A stretch of DNA of 64,000 nucleotides from an uncultured virus (IMG/VR IMGVR_UViG_3300033067_002319) (taxonomy: Duplodnaviria; Heunggongvirae; Uroviricota; Caudoviricetes). Both the position numbers and the translations under genes were made by a program. The DNA is taken from the IMG/VR virus record IMGVR_UViG_3300033067_002319; one strand, written 5' to 3'. A model generated the notes under the pieces. That model saw nothing but the letters and a program-made list of their open reading frames with translations. It was not told where the DNA came from and searched no databases. Shown piece by piece: positions 36,341 to 47,391 of this stretch (positions are counted from its first letter, which is position 1; every line of letters begins with the position of its first letter).

Positions 36341-39300
36341 ATGCCGCCCGACGACGTCGCCGTCCCTACTTACACCTCCATGCAGCAACAGGCTGGGCTC
36401 ATGCCGGCCGTTGCGATCCCGCCGCCTGTCATCTTCCCTGGCCAGATCTCCGCCATGTTGTCGGCGGGTGGCGCGGGCGCCGCCATGGGTGCGCTCCCGC
36501 AGATGTTCCCGGGCTCGACCTACCAAACGATGACCGGGGCGCCGCCGATGTACCAAGGACCCACGGGTGTCATGCAACCGCAGATGCCGGCTGCGCCGTA
36601 CAACCCCTATTCGGCACCCAACCCGTACGCAGGCCTCGGCGCAGGCGGTCCCTTGCGTGGGGCTCCCAGCCCCTTCACGCCGATGGCACCTGCACCCCCG
36701 CCGTTCTACGCCGGGTTGCAGGGCAGTGGGGTTACGCCGTTTGGTCCGCAAGCCGCCATGTCGCAGTTCAACACCCCTTACGCCGCCGGGCTCGCGCAGC
36801 AGCAAGCTGGCGACGATCGCATGTTCGCGATGCAAGCAGCCGGCGCGGGCCTGGCGGCGCGCATGGGTACAAACGCGTTGGCCGGCCTGGCAGGCGCGGC
36901 GATCGGAGGGAAGTTTGGCGGCGGGTGGGGTGCTGCGTTTGGTGGTGTCGCCGGGTTCTTGGGTTCAGAGTTCGGCGGTCTTGGACAGGCCGGTCAGAAC
37001 GGGTTCATGAACCAGGTGATGGGCCCCTCGATTCAGCGACGCGCAATCGCGGGTTCGATGGATGAGCTCTCGCAAGGTTTCATGCCGTTCGGCGGGGCGC
37101 TCAACGCGCGTGGCGCGGGCTTCAATCGCATGGAGTCGATGGCGTTCGCTGGCGGCTTGCAAGCCTTGGGAGGCTCTTCGTCGTTTCGTGCTGAGACGCA
37201 AGACCGCTTCAACATGCAGGACCTGTCCAAGATCACCCAAGGGGCTAGCAGCGCCGGGTTGATGGCTGGCGTGCAGGACGCCAGCGGCGGCGTGAGCCGT
37301 GTTCGTGAAGTGGCCAAGAGCCTTTCTGCGATCATGGAGCTCGCGCGCGAGCCTGACATCCAGCGTGTGATCTCCACGATGGGTAACATGCGCGCATCCG
37401 GTTTGAACCTCGGTGAGACCCTCGGAGCGGTTCAAAACGGACGCATGTTCGCGCGTATGGCAGGTACCTCCTTCGGTCAGATGGCCGAAGTGGGAGGTGG
37501 CATGGGCTCGGCGACGTTCCAGTCGATGGGGCTCAGCCAAGGCCTGGGTCTCCAGACCGGAATGATGAACATGGGCATTGCAGCTGCGAGCCAGAACTCG
37601 GGCATCCTCAATCCGGCAATGATGTCGATGGTGGGCGGCGCCTCGGGCCTTGCAAACCAGAACAACATGTTCAGCGCGGGCCTACTCCAAGCTCCGATGA
37701 TGGCACCGGGCATGATGTCGGTGTCGGGCGGCCTCCACGCAGGCGCGCTCAACGGCTTGATGTCGGGACGCGCAGATTTGTTCTCGATGACAGGTCGGGG
37801 CGCGAACATCCTGTCTGCCGGTGCCGGTCGTGGTGGTGTCGAGTCGCTCGGCATGAACATCGCAATGCAGCCGTACTTGCAGGACCAAATCGGCCGCATG
37901 ATGCAGTCGCAGGGTCCCATGGCCCAGCGCAACATCGAAGACACGCAGATCACGAACATGATGAAGCAGATGAACATGCGCGGCAGCGCAGGGTTCATGT
38001 CAGCTGCTCAGATCATGGGCATGAACGGATCGCAAGCGTTCGCTCGTGCGCAAGAAGTCGCGTCTCCTGGTTACTGGGAAGGCCAGCGGCAGCAGCTTGG
38101 TGTGCAGCGGCAAGAAGCTCGGGCCGTGGCGGATCGCGCGAACGAAGCCCAACGACCCACGACGTGGGGGACTTTACGGCGTACGACCTGGATGGGGGAA
38201 GCCGCAGACAGCATCAGCGATGCGTGGTCGCACGCTGGAACTGCAATCTCAAGGGCGTTGGGCACCGGGGGCGAGACGCGTTACGGCTACGTCGCGTCGA
38301 CCGATGAAGCACGTCGGCGACAATTGAAGATCGCAGGCTCTGACGAGTTCCGTCAGTACTCGCGCCGCGTGACCAGGGGTGCGGACACGGAAGAGGTCGA
38401 GGGTGGGATCTTGGACACGTTCCACCAGGGCTACCAGCTTGCGCAGGCGCGCGGCGCGCGTGGCATTGGCGCGGCGCTGACGGCTCCCTTCCTCGGGGCC
38501 ACCATGTCATCAGCGCAGCGTCGGGCGCAAGCGCGGGAATACCAACAGGCTGGGGAGATTTCCAGCGCCCTTCTCTTCACGCCCGAGTCGCAGCAACGCG
38601 ACGCCATGAAGGGCATCGGACGTACGTTCGGTACAGGGTTGGCGGGTACCAATGCCATGATCGATTTCGGTACGACGATCAGCCGCATGGATCCGTACAA
38701 GGCCGTTCCAGGTTCGCAGGGTGTGACGGGCATGGCCCTCAATCTCGGCGTGCGTGCGGGCGCCATGTTCGCTACAGCCGGCGCGATCGACCCGGGCAAT
38801 GTGGTCGGTCAAGGCGCCAACACGATGTCGCAGTATCGCAACGCGTTCGTCGACTCCATGGTGACGAACCAGGGAATGTCGCGAGCGGAAGCTGCCAAGC
38901 GGTTCGACGCGAACCCGATGCTCGCGATTCAGCAGGCGTCGCCAGTGGCGCGTTTGATGATGCGTCCCGAGGATCGCCAGAGGCTTGAAGCAACTCGCGA
39001 CATCGGAGGCCAGCTCGGTAGCCGCGCGGGAACAACGCGCTCTCGCGTTGAGCGGGAGATCAAGCAGGGTTACGGCGCGCTCCTCGGAGAGGATTCCAGC
39101 GAGTCGACGCGGCGGCACTACGAGCGCTCGATGGACAACATCAACGGTATCGGCAAGGAGGGTTCGGACAAGTACGAGCGCAGCCGGTACATCATGGCCT
39201 CGATGGCGATGGCGTCCGGGGCAATGGAGAAGGGCAACTCCGAGGAACAAAAGCGCGCGGTGGAGGCCCTCGCCAAGATCAGCAAAGAAGCGGCAGCAGA

Positions 39301-40123
39301 AGGCTTTGACGTCAACGACATGGCTCGTCGCGCACAAGGCCTGCGTGGGAAGTTCACGGAAGGTGAAGGTCGTACAACGGCTCGGGCCTTCTTGTCGCAT
39401 GTCGGCAGCGGTGCGTCTGGTCGCAATATCATCGACAACTTCCAGAACGCCGACAAGCAGCGGCAGTTCGGCCAGACGCTCGACACCATGTCCAAGGGTT
39501 TCGGCGCGCTCAACAAGGTGAGCGGGCCCCTCGGCGAGAAGTTCACGGGTATCACGGACGCCAACTTCTCCCAAGAGGATGCGGAGAGCCGCTTGAAGAG
39601 CCTTTCGAAAGCAGAGCTCGGACAGATGGAGCACGCGACAGGTCGCGATGCTGCGTTCCAGCACATGATGGCGAAGTCGATTCGCAAGTTCCAATTGGGA
39701 GACCAAGGAGCCATGCAGGAGATCAACCGCATGATGGCGCTCAAAGGCACCGAGGTCACCAAGATCGACAACGAGTACAAGCGCCGCCACAGCGAAGGCA
39801 TGCTGTCCAGCAACTACTGGAAAGACACCGTACGCAGCAAGTGGGCCCAAGAAGCCGATCGCACGGCGTGGGTCCAAGACAAGCTCGGCTACACCTCTGA
39901 AGCCGAGTACGCCGCAGCTGCGGCTGGTGACGGCTCGCTGGGTACACAAACGATGTTCGAGAAGATGGGCATCGGCAAGATGGGCAACGCGGCGGGCCAA
40001 GGCGGCGATCAGATGCTTGACGCAGCCAGGGACATCAAAGAGGCTGCTTCGATGTTCAAGACCGCGCTGCAAGGCAGTAGCCTCGACAGCATGTTGAATC
40101 AGGGAGGGTCGTCTGATGGCTGA
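36341..40123 (+). CDS. tape-measure-like protein
   Basis: 1260 aa, Gly/Ala/Met/Gln-rich, heads the tail/baseplate block. Confidence 0.6.
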   Translation: MPPDDVAVPTYTSMQQQAGLMPAVAIPPPVIFPGQISAMLSAGGAGAAMGALPQMFPGSTYQTMTGAPPMYQGPTGVMQPQMPAAPYNPYSAPNPYAGLGAGGPLRGAPSPFTPMAPAPPPFYAGLQGSGVTPFGPQAAMSQFNTPYAAGLAQQQAGDDRMFAMQAAGAGLAARMGTNALAGLAGAAIGGKFGGGWGAAFGGVAGFLGSEFGGLGQAGQNGFMNQVMGPSIQRRAIAGSMDELSQGFMPFGGALNARGAGFNRMESMAFAGGLQALGGSSSFRAETQDRFNMQDLSKITQGASSAGLMAGVQDASGGVSRVREVAKSLSAIMELAREPDIQRVISTMGNMRASGLNLGETLGAVQNGRMFARMAGTSFGQMAEVGGGMGSATFQSMGLSQGLGLQTGMMNMGIAAASQNSGILNPAMMSMVGGASGLANQNNMFSAGLLQAPMMAPGMMSVSGGLHAGALNGLMSGRADLFSMTGRGANILSAGAGRGGVESLGMNIAMQPYLQDQIGRMMQSQGPMAQRNIEDTQITNMMKQMNMRGSAGFMSAAQIMGMNGSQAFARAQEVASPGYWEGQRQQLGVQRQEARAVADRANEAQRPTTWGTLRRTTWMGEAADSISDAWSHAGTAISRALGTGGETRYGYVASTDEARRRQLKIAGSDEFRQYSRRVTRGADTEEVEGGILDTFHQGYQLAQARGARGIGAALTAPFLGATMSSAQRRAQAREYQQAGEISSALLFTPESQQRDAMKGIGRTFGTGLAGTNAMIDFGTTISRMDPYKAVPGSQGVTGMALNLGVRAGAMFATAGAIDPGNVVGQGANTMSQYRNAFVDSMVTNQGMSRAEAAKRFDANPMLAIQQASPVARLMMRPEDRQRLEATRDIGGQLGSRAGTTRSRVEREIKQGYGALLGEDSSESTRRHYERSMDNINGIGKEGSDKYERSRYIMASMAMASGAMEKGNSEEQKRAVEALAKISKEAAAEGFDVNDMARRAQGLRGKFTEGEGRTTARAFLSHVGSGASGRNIIDNFQNADKQRQFGQTLDTMSKGFGALNKVSGPLGEKFTGITDANFSQEDAESRLKSLSKAELGQMEHATGRDAAFQHMMAKSIRKFQLGDQGAMQEINRMMALKGTEVTKIDNEYKRRHSEGMLSSNYWKDTVRSKWAQEADRTAWVQDKLGYTSEAEYAAAAAGDGSLGTQTMFEKMGIGKMGNAAGQGGDQMLDAARDIKEAASMFKTALQGSSLDSMLNQGGSSDG

Positions 40124-40352
40124 TAACAATCCTTTGGCTCCTCCGGTCGACCCGCTTCCGGCACTCGACGCGGAGCTCATTCCAGGCACCGCGTACGACG
40201 TGCTCGGCGCTATGCACGAGAACACCATCGACAACTTTCGACAGGACCTCTCGCCGGAGTTGGACTTCCCTTCGCGTTGGCGGTTGGCTAAGCACGTCGT
40301 GAACGAGCGCGGCCCCCTCGTCGTCTATCGTTACGCCAAGCAGGAGACGTGA
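40116..40352 (+). CDS. hypothetical protein
   Basis: Overlap-coupled ORF. Confidence 0.55.
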   Translation: MADNNPLAPPVDPLPALDAELIPGTAYDVLGAMHENTIDNFRQDLSPELDFPSRWRLAKHVVNERGPLVVYRYAKQET

Positions 40353-41488
40353 TGGTGTACGCACCCGGCCGCGACCGGCCCCCGACAGGAACCGCGCGGC
40401 CAACAGCGAGCTACTCCCCTGGGAGTGGTGCGGGCGGCGTCTTTGCCGAGTTCTTGCAAGGGGCGACGACCAAGTACGCACAGAACAAGGGCTTCCGTTC
40501 GGACTTTTTCCGTAACACTCTCGCGCGTCTTTTCGTGCGTGTTGACGCAAGCGAGATGAATTTGTTCCTTGCTTCAATCGGAGATGCGCACACGCGTAGC
40601 CAACTGGCTCCGCGCTTGGCGGGCGACCCTGCGCCCCGGCAGAACAACCGCATCACAGGCGGTGCGAACACTGACGACGGCCTGACTCGCAGCGCTCGTA
40701 CGCCGGCGACCAACGGCTACTTGGACTTCTTCATCAGCTCGATGAACATCAACTTCCAAGAGAAGATGGATGTGAAAGAAGAGCTCTCCGACAACTACGT
40801 CGCTTACTTCTTTGGCCAGAATGCCCCTGTGTGGCCGTTCACGGGTTGGCTCCTGAACACTGTTCAAGATGATCAAGCGTCGAACATGTTCCGGTTGTAC
40901 TCGGAGATCCTGCGCGGCACCCAACTCGCTCGGCGTCAGAAGTCCGTGGACATCAAGATCGACTCGTACATCATCTCGGGCGCGATGTGTGCGCTCAGTT
41001 TGGCCCTCAACGCACAGAACGAAACGTACGTCCCATTCTCGTTTCAGTTCTTGGTGAAGAAGGTCACGATCGTGAACTACACCCTCGGGTGGGTGCCGAC
41101 GCGCGCTTCTACGGCTTTCGCAGCCGACCCGAATGCGATTCCTTACGACGGCCGGCCGCGCCCGGAAGGCTCGCTGCACGCGATTGCGGCACGCATCCCG
41201 GCAGGCACGGAAGAGGTCGCACCGACACCGCCGGCGACAGTGGACCCTCGAACAGTGTCCTCGACAACCCCGGCAGACGCCTTGATGAGCGTACCTATTG
41301 GGCCGCCAAACATCACACCCGTCACTACGATCAGCGGGGGTGATGCGAGCTCGTTTATTGAGACCGAGAACCAACGGACGGCGCGTGAGGTGTTCGGCCA
41401 CTCTGAGACCGTAAATGACACACCCACAGTGCTCGATGGCGAAATGCAAGCACTGATCAACAACCCGCGTTTCAATAGCAATCTTTGA
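40349..41488 (+). CDS. putative tail/baseplate protein
   Basis: Follows tape-measure-like gene; beta-rich YFFGQ-APVW-F-G-LLN core. Confidence 0.55.
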   Translation: MMVYAPGRDRPPTGTARPTASYSPGSGAGGVFAEFLQGATTKYAQNKGFRSDFFRNTLARLFVRVDASEMNLFLASIGDAHTRSQLAPRLAGDPAPRQNNRITGGANTDDGLTRSARTPATNGYLDFFISSMNINFQEKMDVKEELSDNYVAYFFGQNAPVWPFTGWLLNTVQDDQASNMFRLYSEILRGTQLARRQKSVDIKIDSYIISGAMCALSLALNAQNETYVPFSFQFLVKKVTIVNYTLGWVPTRASTAFAADPNAIPYDGRPRPEGSLHAIAARIPAGTEEVAPTPPATVDPRTVSSTTPADALMSVPIGPPNITPVTTISGGDASSFIETENQRTAREVFGHSETVNDTPTVLDGEMQALINNPRFNSNL

Positions 41489-42612
41489 TGCCTGAAATTA
41501 CGAACACTCCCGATGACTTGTCGCTCCTGGCTCTTGGGACTGCCTTCAAAATTGAAGTGATTGGGATCGCTCCGGCTGCTGCCCTGCGTCATCTTGTTGT
41601 AACCGTTGGGGGCGTGGTTACGATCTACGAGTACAACAATGGGGTGATCACCACAGCTCCCGACGTCGTACAGACGACGAATGCGCAACCGACGTTTCTG
41701 TCGGTCACGCTCATGCCTACCAACGGCGGAACGTCCGGAGCTGTCCTTGAGCTGACGATGACGTACGAGGACAGTCTCAGTTCCGCGCCCGATGCTGCCG
41801 TTACCTACAGCTACGGGAACGTCACGGTCACCGGACGTTCTCCAGTACCCGACGCACCTGATGTACTGCCATCATCACTCGTCTCAGTTTCGGGAACGAT
41901 CTCCGCGAACCAGGAGTTCGTCGACGTCCAATTTTTGCTGAACAATGAACCCGTCTTCAATATCACGGCGTTTGGCCAGAGTTACCGACGCCCTAACTAC
42001 TCGGGGACGCTCTACACGTCCCCCGCGCTCTTCGCTTTCACCGTACAACCTCGGCGAACGTGGCCTGATGATTTTGTGGTCCGTGCTGAAGCTCTCGTGC
42101 GGGTGTCCCCGGATAATGAGCGCAAGTTCATGGCCCGTTTCCCCTACGCGTTTCATGTCACCAAGACGCCTACGCCCGTTCGCGATACACGGCTTGTGCA
42201 AAGCCGCCTGGACCGACCTTTTCCGGTTGCTGTCGTAGAAATCATGCGCACGGCGACCATCACGGCTCTGAGACCTCCGACCTCCGCTGCGCCGACGTTG
42301 ACCATCTTTTTTTACGCGGTAGAGCGCTCGGGCCTGGCTTCGATGTTGAAGCCTTTGGATCCGCAAGGAGCCTTGGCTTTCGAAGCGTCCCGACTTCTGC
42401 CTCGGGATGTTGCGTCGCCAATTGAAGCTGCGACCGCATTGTCGGGCGTGGATGTGTTGTGGGTGAGTTACCTCAAAGAGCTCATCGAATTTCGTGTGAT
42501 CTCGGTCGAACAGGCCGCGCTGCTCGACCGCGCTTGGCTGGCGGGAGATCCGTGCAACCGCGTGGCTGCGGCGGCAATGTCTTTGCTGGTCGTGACCTCG
42601 CGCTTCGCGTAG
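41485..42612 (+). CDS. putative virion protein
   Basis: Beta-rich ORF in structural block. Confidence 0.55.
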   Translation: MMPEITNTPDDLSLLALGTAFKIEVIGIAPAAALRHLVVTVGGVVTIYEYNNGVITTAPDVVQTTNAQPTFLSVTLMPTNGGTSGAVLELTMTYEDSLSSAPDAAVTYSYGNVTVTGRSPVPDAPDVLPSSLVSVSGTISANQEFVDVQFLLNNEPVFNITAFGQSYRRPNYSGTLYTSPALFAFTVQPRRTWPDDFVVRAEALVRVSPDNERKFMARFPYAFHVTKTPTPVRDTRLVQSRLDRPFPVAVVEIMRTATITALRPPTSAAPTLTIFFYAVERSGLASMLKPLDPQGALAFEASRLLPRDVASPIEAATALSGVDVLWVSYLKELIEFRVISVEQAALLDRAWLAGDPCNRVAAAAMSLLVVTSRFA

Positions 42613-42621
42613 TTTTGTCGC

Positions 42622-45600
42622 ATGCCTTTCAATCCGTCCGCCATGCGTTCTGGGGCGACTTTCAGCGACAATCCGAATTACGCAGCGGCGTGGGTCGTGT
42701 ACGTCAACGGCATTCTCACGCCGATCGTCGGCTGGTCGATGCAGCAAGGTGTTTGGCAGATCCCGACCTTCAGCATCGAATGCTTCCCCGAGTTGGAGAT
42801 GCAACGGTTCGGCGTCGAAGACCGCGTGCCGGTCCAGATCTTCGCCCTTGATTACTGGGCGACGGATGAGCCGACATTCCGGCTGGTGGTTGACGGCGAA
42901 ATCATCGGCTGGCGTTTTTCAACATCGGGCGCGCGTTCGATTTCGTTCGACTGCATCGGCCACATCCATGCATTCCAACAGCTGTACTTCTTCTACATGA
43001 CCAACGTCGACGACATCGTCGCCGCCCGATCGCCGGAAGTGCTCGCGAGCGGATTCTCGACGCCAGGTTTGCTTTACCCCTACGCGCTCTTCCATCAGAA
43101 CTTGATCGCGAGCGCAGAGCAGATCGAGGAGGCCACACCTCGGCCCCCGAACCAAGCTGCGGCGACGGAGACGTTCGGCGACGCGTCTTCGCCGGGCGAA
43201 GAAACGGCCATGATCAAAGCGCCGTACGAGTTCGTCACGAACGTCATCAAGGGTTTGATCAGCGAGCTGGTCCCCAATGAGAAGCGCTCGCTTCCTGCGA
43301 TGAATTTCTACGCGCGTTGGTTGCGCAAGACGCGAAGCTACAACCGCTGGGTTCGACTTCCCATTCTGGAAGATGCACTCACTTTGGCGAATCGCGTCGG
43401 CGTGTTCCCCATCTTCGCTGCCGCGCGAAACGATCAAGCGCTCCTGGCGATGCAGCGGCAAACGGCGGGTCAGATCGGCAGCTCAGGTTCTGTCTGGAAC
43501 CTGTTTCAGCAAGTGCTCGGCCTTGTGTTCATGGAAATTGCCATGATCCCTGGGCCGCCGGCAGTGCAGGTGACACTCAAGCCCGCGCCTGAAGGTCCCG
43601 AAGAAGGCAAGATCCTTCGACCCCTGGCAGATGGCGCTCCGCTCACATCGGTGCGCCACAGCATCGATACTGCCGCTCTGCGCAAACGCGCAGAAGACAT
43701 CGCCACGCTCTTGCGCGCAGCGGCTCGGGGTGAGTCCTCGATTAACCCGGACCTGCTTCACGAAGCCGGCATTGTGGTGCCACCTGCGACCAGCTCGTCG
43801 AATGACGCTGCGACGATCTACCAGACCATGATCGGCCCGATCGACGAGAACGCTATCTACGCAACGTTGCTCGCAAGGGCGCAGCAGGTAGCGGCGCAAG
43901 CGGGCGACCTGGACAGCACAACGGTCGACCCGCTGGAGCCTATTCGCTTGGCGCAACACTTCGTCAAGCCGCAGATCCTTTTTGGTGAGATCCCATCCTG
44001 CAACGTGATCTTTCCGTCGATGATCGATGGCTTCACGTACTCCGAGAATTACATCCGGCAGCCGACGCGCGACTACGTGAATGATTCCGTGATGACTCGC
44101 GCATTGCGCGCTCAAGGTGCCAATCGGGAGTTCATGATCCACGCCCTCACCGTTGGCTATCCCGAGGAGGCTAACGCGATCATGCACCACAAGGTGGCTT
44201 CAGCTTCTGACGAAGGTGGTGGCGCGGGTGGCTCGGAGTCTGGACGCAACTTGGTGGTGTGGCCGGAAGAGCTCTACAAAGGTGTGGTCGCATCTCGTTC
44301 GGAGCTGCCGTCGTGGTTCCAGATGCTACGGCAGTTTGCGAATGGTGCGGTCGCCCCGACGACGACTACTCCGGATTCCAACACTAGCGGTACTGGCGTT
44401 ACGACGCCCTCAACGGGCGGATTGCCTGTGCAGCCGCGCACGACCGCGCAGAGCAACACAGCGGCGGACGTCCGCGTTCCATCATCGCCCTTGTCGGGGC
44501 CTGTCACGCTTGTGCCACCGAAGCCGTTTACGCCGTATCAAGCGTCGGCTTCAGCTGAGCAGGCGCGGCGAGGCAGGATTCAAACGCGCGTTCAATCTGA
44601 TCCCAACTGGGCGTATCGCTGGCGACCATCGGCGGAAGAACTCGCTGCGGGGGATCAGCAGCACGTCAAGTACGATCCGTTCCCGCGCGCCGAACAGGTG
44701 AACGGTCGAACGCAGCTCTCGATCTCGCCAGGTATTCGCCGGATCACAGCGCACCTTCGTTCCATCTTCCCTGGGATTCAAGGACTGTCGCTCTATGGGC
44801 GTTCGCGTCCGATCGTGTCACAAGAAGCGATCGACGCCGCGCTGGCGGCTGGTCGCCCGCGTCCTGGTATGTTGATCACGGGGCGCCTGGACCCTCACCA
44901 AGCCGGACGTGCCGCCGACCTGATGATCCCGCGCATTCGCGCGCCGCGCGGTTCGAAGGAGTGGTCGATCCCCAATCTCGAAGTGGGTAATCCGATCGCC
45001 GCGTATTTGATGGCCAACGCTGAAGTGTTTGGCATCCAGTACTTCATCTGGGCTCGTACGCAGTGGCAAGCAGACAGCCGCCCAGGGCGCAAGGCAACTC
45101 ACTACACGTCACATCCGACGGGTGAAGCCGCCGAGCGCTTTGACCACACCGATCACATCCACATGGAGTTGACGTCGGCGGCATCACAACTGATTGCGCC
45201 GTTCTTCCAGGCAGGAGCCCCTGTACCTCCGCAACCTACCGCGCCGGTCATCGTGGTGTCGCGCCCTGTACCGCGTGTCGCTCCGCCGCGAGGCGCGCTC
45301 GCGCAACCGGGTATGCCCTCGGCGGGTGGCAGTAGCGCCTCGAACGCAGGAACAGTCCCGAACGCAACGGGAACTACTGCAACAACGACCACCACAGCTC
45401 CGGCCGGCGATGCCACTACGGATTCAGCGGAGGAAGTCGAGGGCGACTCGTTCGCCAAGCTCTTTGAGCTCTATGTGCAGTACGACTACCTGAAGAAGCG
45501 TTACAGCGAGCGTAACGTAGCCGCGCAGCTCCGTTGGAATCCCTATCTCGTGCCAGGTTTCCCCTGCATGCTTTTCGATTCCATGACCACGCGCATGCAC

Positions 45601-46665
45601 GTGGTTGCGCACATCCAGAACATCTCACATTCCGCTTCAGCACAGGGCGGTGGGGCTTCGATCCGTACCGATGTGCAGATGTCGTTCGGACGGACTCTCC
45701 CCGAGTTCATCAACGACGTGAAACACGATGCAGAGCGCTTTGCGGGTCGAGTGACCTCGGCGCCGGCGGAGATCATCGCGGAACTGCGAATCGTGACGCA
45801 GGACGAAACAAACGCCGAGGTCTTCTACCAGAAGCTCCTGTACGGCGGCGCGCGCCCCGGGAGGGTGCCAGCGGTGTTCCGTTGGGAAAAGGCCATGGGC
45901 TACGCCCGAGGCCTTCAGGTCGAGGAGATCTCTATCATCGGAGACAGCGTCGCCACTGTTGAAGCGCGCCAAGCGGCTGCCGCAGCAGCTCGTCGCGCTG
46001 CGGCAGGTGAAGAGCCTGTTGAGGCCGAGTTCTCGCAGGAGCAGCTCAACGTCGCCGCCACGCTGTTTGGCACAGGCACCGCGCAAACGGCTTCGCGAGG
46101 TCCTGTGACGACAGAAGAGTCGGTACGCGTGGGCGGCCTTTCGTCGGATGGACAACAGACGGTGCGGACGAACCTCGACCCCAACCAGGAGCTGGCACCA
46201 AACCCCAACACGATCTACTCGGATGCGTTCGACAACTATCACATCGCAATGCAGCTCGCCGCGCGGCCGAGCTGTACGCTGGAACAGTTCATTCGCTTCT
46301 GGCACGGAGGCAAGACGGTCAACGCGTTGGTAGCCACGGGCGATGTAGCCGAACCCCTGACGGACTTCTCGTACAACCAACAGCGCTTGCAGGACGTGGT
46401 CGGTCAGCGGCAAAACGGCACAGAGATCCGTGGTGCGGCTGTTCGTGCCACTGCGGTGTTTTACGGCCGCATCTTCAAGCTGCGTCCAGGGCCGGGGCCT
46501 GAACCGACCGAGGCTCAACGCGGGTACACCTCACCTCCGAACGTTCAACCGTCAGCGGTGTCGGAGGGCTTGCCCCTCAACTACCCCGAGGCTCGCGCCG
46601 ACTGGGACAGCGTGCTCATTCGCTACCGGGACAAAGTTCGGAACCGGATCAGCCCTTCGACGTAG
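42622..46665 (+). CDS. baseplate hub-like protein with inserted M15/LAS-type metallopeptidase domain
   Basis: DPHQAGRAAD...GIQYFIW...DHTDHIH between Thr/Pro-rich linkers. Confidence 0.65.
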   Translation: MPFNPSAMRSGATFSDNPNYAAAWVVYVNGILTPIVGWSMQQGVWQIPTFSIECFPELEMQRFGVEDRVPVQIFALDYWATDEPTFRLVVDGEIIGWRFSTSGARSISFDCIGHIHAFQQLYFFYMTNVDDIVAARSPEVLASGFSTPGLLYPYALFHQNLIASAEQIEEATPRPPNQAAATETFGDASSPGEETAMIKAPYEFVTNVIKGLISELVPNEKRSLPAMNFYARWLRKTRSYNRWVRLPILEDALTLANRVGVFPIFAAARNDQALLAMQRQTAGQIGSSGSVWNLFQQVLGLVFMEIAMIPGPPAVQVTLKPAPEGPEEGKILRPLADGAPLTSVRHSIDTAALRKRAEDIATLLRAAARGESSINPDLLHEAGIVVPPATSSSNDAATIYQTMIGPIDENAIYATLLARAQQVAAQAGDLDSTTVDPLEPIRLAQHFVKPQILFGEIPSCNVIFPSMIDGFTYSENYIRQPTRDYVNDSVMTRALRAQGANREFMIHALTVGYPEEANAIMHHKVASASDEGGGAGGSESGRNLVVWPEELYKGVVASRSELPSWFQMLRQFANGAVAPTTTTPDSNTSGTGVTTPSTGGLPVQPRTTAQSNTAADVRVPSSPLSGPVTLVPPKPFTPYQASASAEQARRGRIQTRVQSDPNWAYRWRPSAEELAAGDQQHVKYDPFPRAEQVNGRTQLSISPGIRRITAHLRSIFPGIQGLSLYGRSRPIVSQEAIDAALAAGRPRPGMLITGRLDPHQAGRAADLMIPRIRAPRGSKEWSIPNLEVGNPIAAYLMANAEVFGIQYFIWARTQWQADSRPGRKATHYTSHPTGEAAERFDHTDHIHMELTSAASQLIAPFFQAGAPVPPQPTAPVIVVSRPVPRVAPPRGALAQPGMPSAGGSSASNAGTVPNATGTTATTTTTAPAGDATTDSAEEVEGDSFAKLFELYVQYDYLKKRYSERNVAAQLRWNPYLVPGFPCMLFDSMTTRMHVVAHIQNISHSASAQGGGASIRTDVQMSFGRTLPEFINDVKHDAERFAGRVTSAPAEIIAELRIVTQDETNAEVFYQKLLYGGARPGRVPAVFRWEKAMGYARGLQVEEISIIGDSVATVEARQAAAAAARRAAAGEEPVEAEFSQEQLNVAATLFGTGTAQTASRGPVTTEESVRVGGLSSDGQQTVRTNLDPNQELAPNPNTIYSDAFDNYHIAMQLAARPSCTLEQFIRFWHGGKTVNALVATGDVAEPLTDFSYNQQRLQDVVGQRQNGTEIRGAAVRATAVFYGRIFKLRPGPGPEPTEAQRGYTSPPNVQPSAVSEGLPLNYPEARADWDSVLIRYRDKVRNRISPST

Positions 46666-46677
46666 GCTTGAAGTACT

Positions 46678-47382
46678 ATGAACGGCGTAAAGACAGAAGA
46701 GCTGGTTCTGTGGAAGAAGTGGCAGAAGTCCCGTAGCAGCATGGATGCTGAGGCCCTTTTGCGTTCGCTCGCGCCGATCATCCGGCGCGCGGTGACGCCG
46801 TGGGCGTCTGTGATGCCTGCGTACATGTTGGAGAACGAGGCCAAGCGCCTCGCGCTGAAATCCTTCGAAACGTACGACCCCAACCACGCATCTGGCGCCA
46901 CCGTTGCGACGCACGTGTCGAACGCCTTGCAGAAATTGTCGCGCTTCGGCTACGCGCATCAAGCCTCAGTCACCATCCCCGAGCAGAAGCGCATCACATT
47001 CAACACGTACAACAAGGTGCGAAGCCAGCTCGAAGACATGCACGGGCGTCCTCCGTCGCATGCAGAGGTGGCCGACCACATGCACCTCTCGGCTCCGAAG
47101 CTCAAGGCGATCGTCGACCTTGTTGGCAAGCGCGAGCTCATGGAGTCGGGCGACGGACCTGTGTTCATCCAGCACATGGACGATCCTGAAGTTGTGGATC
47201 TTGCGTTCCACGATATGACGCCGGTACAGAAGCAGATCTTCGAGATGCGAACTGGATACAACGGCGCGCAGGTGAAGGGCGGCCAGGCGATCATGGCCAA
47301 GCTCGACATCGGACAGGGGGCCCTTTCGTACCAGCTCGGGCAGATCAAGACGTTGCTCACCCGCGCCAAGGATCTGCGGTAA
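46678..47382 (+). CDS. sigma70-family RNA polymerase sigma factor (FliA/SigF-like layout)
   Basis: LKSFETYDP--GATVATHV (region 2), HGRPPSHAEVADHM (region 3), MTPVQKQIFEMR-G (region 4). Confidence 0.85.
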   Translation: MNGVKTEELVLWKKWQKSRSSMDAEALLRSLAPIIRRAVTPWASVMPAYMLENEAKRLALKSFETYDPNHASGATVATHVSNALQKLSRFGYAHQASVTIPEQKRITFNTYNKVRSQLEDMHGRPPSHAEVADHMHLSAPKLKAIVDLVGKRELMESGDGPVFIQHMDDPEVVDLAFHDMTPVQKQIFEMRTGYNGAQVKGGQAIMAKLDIGQGALSYQLGQIKTLLTRAKDLR

Positions 47383-47391
47383 CCTCTCCGC

